This document shows, one piece after another, positions 8,393 to 16,553 of a stretch of DNA of 36,459 nt (position 1 is the stretch's first letter; every line of letters begins with the position of its first letter). The notes below the pieces were generated by a model, which did no database searches, had not been told where the DNA came from, and was given only the letters and a program-made list of their open reading frames with translations. The translations under genes were made by a program, and so were the position numbers. Source of the stretch: Urinicoccus sp. (GTDB lineage Bacteria > Bacillota > Clostridia > Tissierellales > Peptoniphilaceae); contig JASBZN010000001.1 in the NCBI GenBank assembly GCA_029983435.1, positions 1 through 36,459 on the forward strand, read 5' to 3'.

Positions 8393-10228
8393 ATGGCTTT
8401 TCAAATAAATCATTTACTAGATTCTATTTTAAATAACACAAATGAAGGCTTTATAGCTATTGATTGTGATGGACGTATAAAGCTTTATAATAAAAAAGCC
8501 AAGGAGCTTTTCGGTATCGATTCTACAGCTCAAGTAGACCATCCAGAGGGAAAACTAAAAACGGGAGATTTAGTTATTATTGCAGATACTGGCATCGGAG
8601 AGGATGATGGGAATTTAGATTATAGTTCTTTGGAAGCCATTGGCATCTATGACAATTCTATAAAGCATGGCGACCCTTTTGTTGCTGTTGGCGCTTATAA
8701 AGAAGCGAAAATAAAATCCCAATATAAAATTTTTGATTCTAATTCTAATTTAAAGAATTTTTCTTTTCACTCTTTTTTCCAAGGAGAAGAAATTAATGTG
8801 TCAATAAATACAGCGAAAAAAAGAGTAAATATTGAAGTTTTAGGCGATAATTACTATATGGATTATTTCCATTCTATTGGTCATATGGTTGTTTTAGACG
8901 CAAATAATCACTCCCTTAAATTTTCTCAAGATAATGGTTACACCGCCCGCCATGAGAGTGTACAAGAAATTTTAAATGGAGTTCATTTCAGAGGAAAAGG
9001 AAAGTATCGCTCAAACTTAGATGTCATTAACCAATTTATTTATGATATTCATGCGAAATCAAAAATTATAGAACAATTCTTAGATGTTGCACATGGCAAA
9101 GATATTCAATTTAAAAATCGCTTTGAAGAAATTAACGGATTCCCAACTTTATGTAGCCTCTTTCCAGTTCGAGATAAAAATTCAGAGGTCACTGCCGTTT
9201 TAAAAATAGACGATATTTCTGAAATTAACAAAATTATTGAGGAACGAAATTTTCTCTCTCAAGAATTAAATGCTACAACGAATATGGTCAGAAACATCCC
9301 TCCTGTTCGAAAGATTTTCCCCTCTATATCTGGAAACAGTTTGCCCATGCAAAGCGTTAAAAAAATGGCTTGGTTTGCTTCTAAAAATGACCAGCCTATT
9401 TTAATACTAGGTCCATCTGGAGTTGGGAAAACTAATTTAGCAAGAAACATTCATGGAATTAGCAAAAATAAAAACAAACCTTTTGTCCATATTCATTGTG
9501 AAAAAAATATAATTTCCTCTATGGATAGTTTACTGTATGGTACAAAAGATGACCTGCTTTTTATAGGAGCTTTTGAAAGTTGTAAAGGCGGCACCCTTTA
9601 CATTAGTAATATTGATATTCTCCCTCTAAACCAACAGTCCAAATTATATGAAACCATCAAAAATGGATTTTTTTATAGAAATAAAGATCCTAAAAGGATC
9701 CAATTCAATGGACGTCTTTTCTTTTCTTCTACAAAAAATTTAGAAACAGAAGTTGAGGAAGGGCGATTTGATCAAAAGCTATACAACTATATTCAATCTT
9801 TCCAAATCTGGATACCTCCTCTTGCTTATAGAAAAGAAGACATTTTAAGTCTTACAAGGGATTTAACAGAGGATCTTTGCCGAGAATTTGGATTGGATAC
9901 GAAACACTTTACAAAAGAAGCTTTAGATTTATTAGTTCAAAATCCTTTGAAAAACAATGTGAAAGAACTAAAAAATTTGTTAAAAGAAACAATTTTAAAT
10001 ACTCCTGGCAAAAACATTACTCCCGACAATTTAAAGCTTTCTTCCAACGATAAATTTATGGACGCTCCTCCTCATATGACAATGAAAGAATTTTTAGAAA
10101 ACCAAGAAAAACTTATTTTAATAAAAACTCTATCTTTCTATAAAGGTAATAAAAAAGAAGCCATGGCTCATCTAGATATGACCAAAACTACTTTTTATAA
10201 TAAATTAAATAAATATGGACTAAGTTAA
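8393..10228 (+). CDS. NtrC/TyrR-like transcriptional regulator (PAS-like N-terminus, degenerate sigma54-activator AAA+ domain, Fis-type HTH)
   Basis: ILNNTNEGFIAIDCDGRIKLYNKKAKELFG (PAS start), ISGNSLPMQSVK, Walker A GPSGVGKT, PFVHIHC, IWIPPLAYRKEDI and C-terminal GNKKEAMAHLDMTKTTFYNKLNKYGL HTH. Confidence 0.85.
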   Translation: MAFQINHLLDSILNNTNEGFIAIDCDGRIKLYNKKAKELFGIDSTAQVDHPEGKLKTGDLVIIADTGIGEDDGNLDYSSLEAIGIYDNSIKHGDPFVAVGAYKEAKIKSQYKIFDSNSNLKNFSFHSFFQGEEINVSINTAKKRVNIEVLGDNYYMDYFHSIGHMVVLDANNHSLKFSQDNGYTARHESVQEILNGVHFRGKGKYRSNLDVINQFIYDIHAKSKIIEQFLDVAHGKDIQFKNRFEEINGFPTLCSLFPVRDKNSEVTAVLKIDDISEINKIIEERNFLSQELNATTNMVRNIPPVRKIFPSISGNSLPMQSVKKMAWFASKNDQPILILGPSGVGKTNLARNIHGISKNKNKPFVHIHCEKNIISSMDSLLYGTKDDLLFIGAFESCKGGTLYISNIDILPLNQQSKLYETIKNGFFYRNKDPKRIQFNGRLFFSSTKNLETEVEEGRFDQKLYNYIQSFQIWIPPLAYRKEDILSLTRDLTEDLCREFGLDTKHFTKEALDLLVQNPLKNNVKELKNLLKETILNTPGKNITPDNLKLSSNDKFMDAPPHMTMKEFLENQEKLILIKTLSFYKGNKKEAMAHLDMTKTTFYNKLNKYGLS

Positions 10229-10388
10229 TCAGGGCACATCGTATTTCAATGGCAAGATTAATCCATCTCTACTTTTTTAAGCACTTAAAATAAGTCCCTC
10301 TTTTTATCTTCCTCAGTCAATTTTTATTTTCTATTTGAATGGAATTCACTATTTTTTTGTCTGTTTTTCCGTCATTTCAGCCTAGGTG

Positions 10389-10397
10389 TGATATAAT
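10389..10397 (+). promoter_or_regulatory. Extended -10 promoter element (TGATATAAT)
   Basis: TGATATAAT about 42 nt upstream of the TetR start. Confidence 0.55.
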
Positions 10398-10439
10398 GAA
10401 AGCGTATGCTAAATTATTCTATACAAATTAGGGGGGTAT

Positions 10440-10982
10440 ATGGCAAATTATACGCAAGACCTCATCATGGAAACTTTTGAAAATATGTTGGACCGCATGC
10501 CTTTTGATAAAATCACGGTAACGGCTCTTATCAAGGAATGTAATATTGGGCGAAACACTTTCTATTACCACTATGATGATATCTATGCTCTTCTTGATGA
10601 AGCCCTTATCCAATGGTTAGGGGACTATTTAGATACAACTCCAGAAGAAAATTGGCAGGAAAATTTTAAAACTATCCTGTATTTTTGCCGAGCCAATAAG
10701 AAAAAAATCTATCATATTTTTAATTCTCTTTCTCGTGATCAACTTGCTCATTATGTTTCAGATCGAACGAATTATTCTATTTCTTCTTATATTCAAAGTT
10801 CCACTAAAATCCCCAGAGATAATTCGGAACGGGCAAAGGCCATTGGTCAAATCATTGGCTATACTCTTTGTGGCTACTTTATTCGATTTTTATGGAATGA
10901 TATGGAAGTCGATATTGATGCGGATATGGACAGGTTAGGTCTTATTTTTGATGAGCTTTTAGAGGGGCTGGAAAAGGAATAA
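10440..10982 (+). CDS. TetR/AcrR family transcriptional regulator
   Basis: HTH PFDKITVTALIKECNIGRNTFYYHYDDIYALL; 180 aa. Confidence 0.92.
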   Translation: MANYTQDLIMETFENMLDRMPFDKITVTALIKECNIGRNTFYYHYDDIYALLDEALIQWLGDYLDTTPEENWQENFKTILYFCRANKKKIYHIFNSLSRDQLAHYVSDRTNYSISSYIQSSTKIPRDNSERAKAIGQIIGYTLCGYFIRFLWNDMEVDIDADMDRLGLIFDELLEGLEKE

Positions 10983-11144
10983 TTGGTACACTCTTCTTAA
11001 AGTGTTCAAAATAGGACATTGTTTTACTTCCGTATAATTTAAGACAGGGCTCTTTTTTTGACCCTGCAAAAGTAGAGTTCTATATTATACAATAGAATTA
11101 ATTATAGGCTAAGAATAGTAACCAGGACCTAAGGAGGTTTTTGA

Positions 11145-12503
11145 ATGAATGTTTCAGCTACACTTGCTAAGCATGGTTTAACCAAGGCGTTTGACCATCT
11201 TTATAAAGACCCAGAAAATAATCTTCCTAAAATTATGAATTGGGCAGATAAATTTTCAAAAGGTCATTTTGAAGGACAACGGAAGGCGATTCGAAAAGCC
11301 ATTGAGGATCCAAACGATCCTTACTATCCTTTCGTTCGTCACGTTGTTCAAGATATTGACCCAGAAGTAATGAAGACTGTTGCCGCTAATTTCTTTATTA
11401 ATTCCAACCTAGTCAGCGGTCCTCTCCAAGAAAAATTACGAGAAAAATACAATTGTAATATTCCTTGGACCATTTTATTGGACCCAACTTCTGCTTGTAA
11501 CTTGCAATGTACTGGTTGTTGGGCAGCTGAGTACGGAAACAAATTAAATCTTACTTATGACGAAATTGACGACATCATCTGTCAAGGAAAAGAACTCGGC
11601 GTTTATTTCTATATCTATACTGGTGGGGAACCTCTTGTTCGCAAGGACGACATTCTCCGTCTTTGTGAAAAACACGATGACTGTGTCTTTATGAGTTTTA
11701 CCAACGGTACCTTAATTGACGAAGACTTTGCCAACGAAATGCTTCGAGTTAAAAACTTTATTCCATCTATTTCTTTGGAAGGTTTTGAAGAAGCAACAGA
11801 TTCCAGACGAGGCAATGGTGTATACGAAAAAGCCTTAAATGCTATGAAGCTTCTCCACGATAAGAGACTTCTTTATGGTGTTTCTTGCTGCTACACTAGC
11901 CAAAACTACGATTCCATTACTTCTGAAGATTATTGGGATATGATGATTGATAATGGTGCTTACTTTGTTTGGTACTTCCATTATATGCCTGTTGGAAATG
12001 ATGCAAGTCCTGAATTAATGCCAACTCCTGAACAAAGAGAAGTCGTTTTTCGTCGGATTCGAGACTACAGATCTCGCAAACCACTCTTTGCCATGGACTT
12101 CCAAAACGATGCAGAATATATTGGTGGCTGTATTGCCGGTGGTCGGAACTATCTTCATATCAATGCTAACGGAGATGCTGACCCTTGTGTATTTATCCAC
12201 TATTCCGACTCCAACATTCGCGAAAAGAGCTTGTTAGAAGTTCTTCGTTCTCCTTTATTTATGGCTTACCATGACGGGCAACCCTTTAACGACAACATGT
12301 TAAGACCTTGTCCTATGTTGGAAAACCCAGATAAATTAAGGGATATGGTTAAGAAAACTGGAGCGAAATCGACAGATATGCAATCTCCAGAAAGTGTAGA
12401 CCACTTATGCGATAAATGTGTATCTTACTCTGACAACTGGACTCCCAAGGCCCATGAACTTTGGGAAGAAAGAAAAGAACAAAAAGCCAGCCAACAATCC
12501 TGA
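11145..12503 (+). CDS. Radical SAM protein with C-terminal SPASM/Twitch-type auxiliary Fe-S domain
   Basis: CxxxCxxC (CNLQCTGC), TGGEPL, FTNGTLI, ISLEG, then GCIAGGRNYLHINANGDADPC...PCP...LCDKC. AAGGAGG RBS. Confidence 0.92.
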   Translation: MNVSATLAKHGLTKAFDHLYKDPENNLPKIMNWADKFSKGHFEGQRKAIRKAIEDPNDPYYPFVRHVVQDIDPEVMKTVAANFFINSNLVSGPLQEKLREKYNCNIPWTILLDPTSACNLQCTGCWAAEYGNKLNLTYDEIDDIICQGKELGVYFYIYTGGEPLVRKDDILRLCEKHDDCVFMSFTNGTLIDEDFANEMLRVKNFIPSISLEGFEEATDSRRGNGVYEKALNAMKLLHDKRLLYGVSCCYTSQNYDSITSEDYWDMMIDNGAYFVWYFHYMPVGNDASPELMPTPEQREVVFRRIRDYRSRKPLFAMDFQNDAEYIGGCIAGGRNYLHINANGDADPCVFIHYSDSNIREKSLLEVLRSPLFMAYHDGQPFNDNMLRPCPMLENPDKLRDMVKKTGAKSTDMQSPESVDHLCDKCVSYSDNWTPKAHELWEERKEQKASQQS

Positions 12504-12521
12504 GTTTAAGATGACTTTATA

Positions 12522-12570
12522 AAGAAATCCATTGTCTTGATTTTCTTCAAGACAATGGATTTTTCTTTTT
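12522..12570. terminator. Bidirectional terminator between convergent genes
   Basis: 16-bp stem AAATCCATTGTCTTGA / TCAAGACAATGGATTT with a T-rich tail on + and an A-rich left flank. Confidence 0.85.
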
Positions 12571-12618
12571 CGTCAATTTAAAAATTTAACCCTTGCTAGG
12601 TTTCTGCTGCAAGCATCT

Positions 12619-13479
12619 TTATGCCAGCAGATAATCATTAATCGTATGAAGATATTTTTCAGGCAGGATGCTGACGCCTCCCTTGCAGGAAAAGCCTTTG
12701 ATGGGCTCAACTTTGTCCCCAATTTTTAAGCAGGCCTCTTTATTTTTAATATCAACAACTTTATCCCCCAGAGAAATCCGAGTCAAGTTTTCTTCTCCTT
12801 TCCATTCTACTGTTGCTCCCAAGGCCTCAAAATATTTCCGAAGATAAATCCCCTTACTTTTAGAATCCCTGTAGTTTTCTATGTCAACTACTGGATTCTT
12901 TTTATCTAAGATAAAAATTTTATAGGGTTTTGCAATGGGCGGAATACTTCGTGTGGCTTCGCGATAGAGAACGGCTAAATCTTTATTTAGAAAATCTTTC
13001 TCTAGTCTTCCCTCTTTATTTTTAGCTACTGTATCCTGGCCTATCTCCATTTTTAAACGGTTGGAAATCCCCTGTCCCTTTTTGTTAAAAAAATCCACAT
13101 CCAAAGAGTAGCTTGCTTCATCCACATGAACAGCAATCCAGTCTGGTGTCATTTTCGCTGGTAGAGATGTTAGAACAGGAGTGTCTTGCCTATAAAAATA
13201 TTGAATCTTTTCTCCCTTTTTAAAAGAATAGTTTTCCAACAATTCTCCACTAGACAAATCCAGAACAGGAACTTTAGCTGTGTATAAAAAGAGTTCCTCC
13301 TCTAGACCCTTTCCAGCTCGTTCGTTTTTTACGAGAATTTCTGAATTTTGTCCTTCTGTAGCGACTTCTTCTATTTTTCCATAACATTGATCATACCCAA
13401 TCCCTTTTTCATCCTTTGCAAAAAGGGCCTCACTGGAAATCAGAACGAGGGCAAGGGTACAAATAAGTAATTTTTTCAT
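12619..13479 (-). CDS. Secreted hypothetical protein with C-terminal stalk-like (copper amine oxidase N-terminal-like) segment
   Basis: Signal peptide MKKLLICTLALVLISSEALFA. Two repeats of TSLPA/TRSIPP type. C-terminal IYLRKYFEALGATVEW. AAGGAG RBS. Confidence 0.7.
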   Translation of the reverse strand: MKKLLICTLALVLISSEALFAKDEKGIGYDQCYGKIEEVATEGQNSEILVKNERAGKGLEEELFLYTAKVPVLDLSSGELLENYSFKKGEKIQYFYRQDTPVLTSLPAKMTPDWIAVHVDEASYSLDVDFFNKKGQGISNRLKMEIGQDTVAKNKEGRLEKDFLNKDLAVLYREATRSIPPIAKPYKIFILDKKNPVVDIENYRDSKSKGIYLRKYFEALGATVEWKGEENLTRISLGDKVVDIKNKEACLKIGDKVEPIKGFSCKGGVSILPEKYLHTINDYLLA

Positions 13480-13567
13480 CTTTTCTTCTCCTTTCTCTTG
13501 TGAAGGTCTATTGTCAAAGAAGGGCCCGCCTTTTGGAGCCCTCCTTTTTCAATTTTCATCTGTTCTT

Positions 13568-15733
13568 TTAATTATTCTCAAAGACACTATCTGCCTTGTA
13601 TTCATCTGTCCAGGCTGGCTGTTGGATTGCCTCTTGTGTAAAGTCTTCATTATACAGGCCTTGCATCAGCTGATTTTGAAAATCTTCGTCTGTCATTCTT
13701 TGGGGGGCTAAAAATTCATAGTAGGAATAAACAGGTCCCGTCCCTAGAATCAATTGTCCATCAACGGGGTAGACTACATAGGCCAATTGAGCCATGCCAG
13801 ACCCCACTTCCAGGTACTGACCAGGTTGAATTCCCAGGGTGTTGTCCACACTCACCATTAAGTCGGCTACTGTAGCCATGTTTCGGTCCGCTTGCTCTTC
13901 AATATCAAAGAAGTTTTCTGCCTTTTCATCATAAAATTTAACAAAGATATTTTCCATTTCTCCCCCAATATAGAAGAGTCTTTCTTGGGCTTTTGCATCG
14001 GGAGATTTCCCTTCTAGCTCCAAAATACTAGTATCTCTTAGGAATCTAATTAAGTCACTAAAATTAGCTAGATTTTTTTCGTTGGCTTGGGAAAGAAGGT
14101 CACGGTTCTTCAGATTTTCTGTCATGTAGTTTAGGGTCCATAAAAGACGGTCATAAACGGGAACTCGAGGTTCTACATAGGACTTAGGGGTGGGTTCTTC
14201 TTCGCCGCCACCACCCATTTCAGCTCCTACTTGCTTCCCGTAAAGAAGGGTGTCGTGTTTTAATTGGGCCCAAGACCCCAAAGCAGAGTTTAAATCCTTA
14301 GCTTCCCAGGCCTTGGACTTCATAAATTCTGGGAACTTTTCTTCTACTGGTTCTTGGTAACCCTTGAGTATCCAAAGCCAAGACCGGTAGACATTTTTTC
14401 GACCTTCTTTTCCATCTTCTAAAACTTGCGCCAAACTCTTGGCTTTCTTATAATTCTTTGAAAAATCTGGCCACTCTTTATTGTCTTCATTGGCTTGAAC
14501 TAGTTCATCCGCCAAGGGGTTTCCCAAAAGGCCCATAATATCCACGCCAGAATACAGAGGACGTCGAGAGGGCTTTTGTGTATCCACCAGCATTTGCCCC
14601 AAAACATTGTCTAAAACCGCTCTTTGAGGCAGAAAGCGGAAGGACAATCCTTCATAATACTGGATTTTAGGTTTGGGGATTTTTTCTAAATCTCCATAGA
14701 CTTTATCTAAATTTTCCTTTTGACCCAGCTTGTCTACAGGCATCTCTTTTTTAAAATACCTATAGTAAATTTGCCCCAACCCATAGGGATCCAAATCCTC
14801 TGCATTTTCCACTAAAAAATTTAAGGGATCATTGACATCTTCCCAAGTATGGAAAGAGCTTTCTTCTTTACAGAGATTTTTTGCCATTAAAAGGGCTTGA
14901 ACGGCATTATCTAGCAGAGCTTCTCCCTTGTCGTTGTAAAAGGTCATGGCAAGTTGAGAATACAGCATGGACCCTCGGAAATAATTGGTCAGTTCTTGGG
15001 AGCGAGTATAGTGTCCTCGGGGTTTAAACTGAGAATAGTCCACAGCCTTATTTACCAAGGAAGACTGGTCTTTGCTTTCCCTTTGAATTTTTCCCAGTTC
15101 TTCTTGGGCCAGGTCTTTGGCTTCTTGGGGGATTTCCCCCTCCAAAGGCTTCGCAAAGAGGTCTGCTGCCAAGGCAAAATAGGCCGTATTTTTAAGAGCT
15201 GCTTCTTTTACCAAGGGATCTTTTGCCGCCTGGTAATCTTTTGCCGACTCTTGGGCCATGATCTCATTTAATTCTTGCAGTTTAGGGGAAAATTTTTCCA
15301 CTTCCAACTCCCGGAGAAGGGCATCATAAGAGATGTGAAAAAGGTGGAGAACAGAATCTGCCGTTACAAAATTTGGATGGTAAGAATACTCATTTCCCTC
15401 ATACCACTGAAAAGGCTGGTCCGTAATTGTTTTTCCATCGACAAAAAATTTATTTTCTACCAAAGCTTGCTTTTGTTCCTGGTTAAAATCCATATATTCG
15501 TTGATATAGTCGTCTATATTGGCGATATTTCCCAAGTCTTCCTGAACGACATAGGGAGAAACCTGTGCCGACACTTGGCTTTCCTTAAAGTCTGGAAAAA
15601 CGATCTCCGTCTTCATCCCCGCCAAAGGATTTTCCATTCCTTGGTCTGTCTTGGTTTGGTCCGAAGCCTTTGGACTACACGATACGAGTAACAAACAGGC
15701 TAAGAGCCCTGCTAAGTACTTTTTCTTTTTCAT
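13568..15733 (-). CDS. DUF3160 domain lipoprotein (start revised from 15796 to 15733)
   Basis: MKKKKYLAGLLACLLLVSC lipobox. AAGGAG RBS and ATGA overlap with the upstream gene stop. FVTADSVLHLFH, DYSQFKPRGHY, LGSWAQLKHDTLLY, YVEP and GPVYSYYEF...RMTDE motifs. Confidence 0.85.
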   Translation of the reverse strand: MKKKKYLAGLLACLLLVSCSPKASDQTKTDQGMENPLAGMKTEIVFPDFKESQVSAQVSPYVVQEDLGNIANIDDYINEYMDFNQEQKQALVENKFFVDGKTITDQPFQWYEGNEYSYHPNFVTADSVLHLFHISYDALLRELEVEKFSPKLQELNEIMAQESAKDYQAAKDPLVKEAALKNTAYFALAADLFAKPLEGEIPQEAKDLAQEELGKIQRESKDQSSLVNKAVDYSQFKPRGHYTRSQELTNYFRGSMLYSQLAMTFYNDKGEALLDNAVQALLMAKNLCKEESSFHTWEDVNDPLNFLVENAEDLDPYGLGQIYYRYFKKEMPVDKLGQKENLDKVYGDLEKIPKPKIQYYEGLSFRFLPQRAVLDNVLGQMLVDTQKPSRRPLYSGVDIMGLLGNPLADELVQANEDNKEWPDFSKNYKKAKSLAQVLEDGKEGRKNVYRSWLWILKGYQEPVEEKFPEFMKSKAWEAKDLNSALGSWAQLKHDTLLYGKQVGAEMGGGGEEEPTPKSYVEPRVPVYDRLLWTLNYMTENLKNRDLLSQANEKNLANFSDLIRFLRDTSILELEGKSPDAKAQERLFYIGGEMENIFVKFYDEKAENFFDIEEQADRNMATVADLMVSVDNTLGIQPGQYLEVGSGMAQLAYVVYPVDGQLILGTGPVYSYYEFLAPQRMTDEDFQNQLMQGLYNEDFTQEAIQQPAWTDEYKADSVFENN

Positions 15734-16368
15734 GGCAATACAATCTCCTTTCCATTGATTTCTAAAAGCTGGGTTTCCCCCTGATAGCGAATCCACCCAG
15801 GCTTTTCTTCCAAAAGCGGTTTTTCCTCTAGAGGCTTACTGAGATAGTCTCGACTAATGTGAAAATTTAAATAGTGGTAGGCAGCCAAAAAATATTGACC
15901 CGCCTTCCTCTCTACTGATAAAATCTCCTCTCGTCCATCTTTGTCGATATCATAGAGAGTAAAGTCTTCCATGGGCAAACTGAGCCGAGAAGCTCGAAAC
16001 TTGGCCTTTAGCTCTCCATTTTCTATGTTGTAAAGAAAGGGCCGCCGAGCCATTACCTGGTGGTGGGGGGCTTTTTTATAAACCCCTAGGGCAATTTCTA
16101 CTTGGCCATCTCCGTCTACATCCCCTAGGCAAAACTTCCAAATATTGAGAGCATTTTTCCCTTGAAATTTTTTCCATGTGGACTTTTGTCCCCTTCGAAT
16201 TTCTATTGTATTTCCATACTTAGAAAAGGCCTTGCGGTAAAGAACTAGCGTTACCTTTCCCTCCTTGGGAAGGGAAATTGTCTCTTCTAAAACCTTTATT
16301 TGAATTTGAGAGATTCCCAAGCAAAGAACCAAGATGAGGGCCAAAAAGACCAGAAGTTTTCCTTTCAA
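15730..16368 (-). CDS. Membrane-anchored/exported hypothetical protein with two DxDxDG calcium-binding-type motifs (start probably TTG at 16368)
   Basis: N-terminal hydrophobic helix KGKLLVFLALILVLCLG; GDVDGDGQVE and YDIDKDGREE. AAAGGGGA RBS precedes the TTG. The ORF-track start at 16416 lies inside a terminator. Confidence 0.75.
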   Translation of the reverse strand: MKGKLLVFLALILVLCLGISQIQIKVLEETISLPKEGKVTLVLYRKAFSKYGNTIEIRRGQKSTWKKFQGKNALNIWKFCLGDVDGDGQVEIALGVYKKAPHHQVMARRPFLYNIENGELKAKFRASRLSLPMEDFTLYDIDKDGREEILSVERKAGQYFLAAYHYLNFHISRDYLSKPLEEKPLLEEKPGWIRYQGETQLLEINGKEIVLP

Positions 16369-16401
16369 AAAAAGTCCCCTTTCTTGCTTTATTATACCCT
16401 G

Positions 16402-16432
16402 AAAAATAGGAGCCAAACCAGCTGGCTCCTAT
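16402..16432 (-). terminator. Terminator of the osmoprotectant ABC transporter operon
   Basis: ATAGGAGCCA-7 nt-TGGCTCCTAT with an A-run on the left. Confidence 0.8.
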
Positions 16433-16441
16433 AGTTCTTGC

Positions 16442-16535
16442 TTTTTATCAGGACTACACAGGATAGCTCCTACTTTTTGATTCGAACCATACAGGATAGC
16501 CTTTTTTGATTTGAACTACACAGGGTAACCCCTGC
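16442..16535. repeat. Three imperfect tandem direct repeats of about 30 bp
   Basis: TTTTTATCAGGACTACACAGGATAGCTCCTAC / TTTTTGATTCGAACCATACAGGATAGCCT / TTTTTGATTTGAACTACACAGGGTAACCCCTGC. Confidence 0.8.
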
Positions 16536-16553
16536 TGCTTAATCCTCTTTTTC

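Noticed and set aside
10229..11144. RiPP precursor peptide for the radical SAM/SPASM enzyme
   Set aside because: I found only a 14-codon ORF without an RBS near 10250, and there is no RRE, peptidase or exporter nearby.
15734..15796. ORF-track N-terminal extensions (15796, 16416, 18879, 21107, 22029, 32663 starts)
   Set aside because: Downstream starts have clear RBSs and give proper signal peptides or family-typical N-termini.
16442..16535. CRISPR array
   Set aside because: Units are adjacent and degenerate with no unique spacers, and there are no cas genes in the window.
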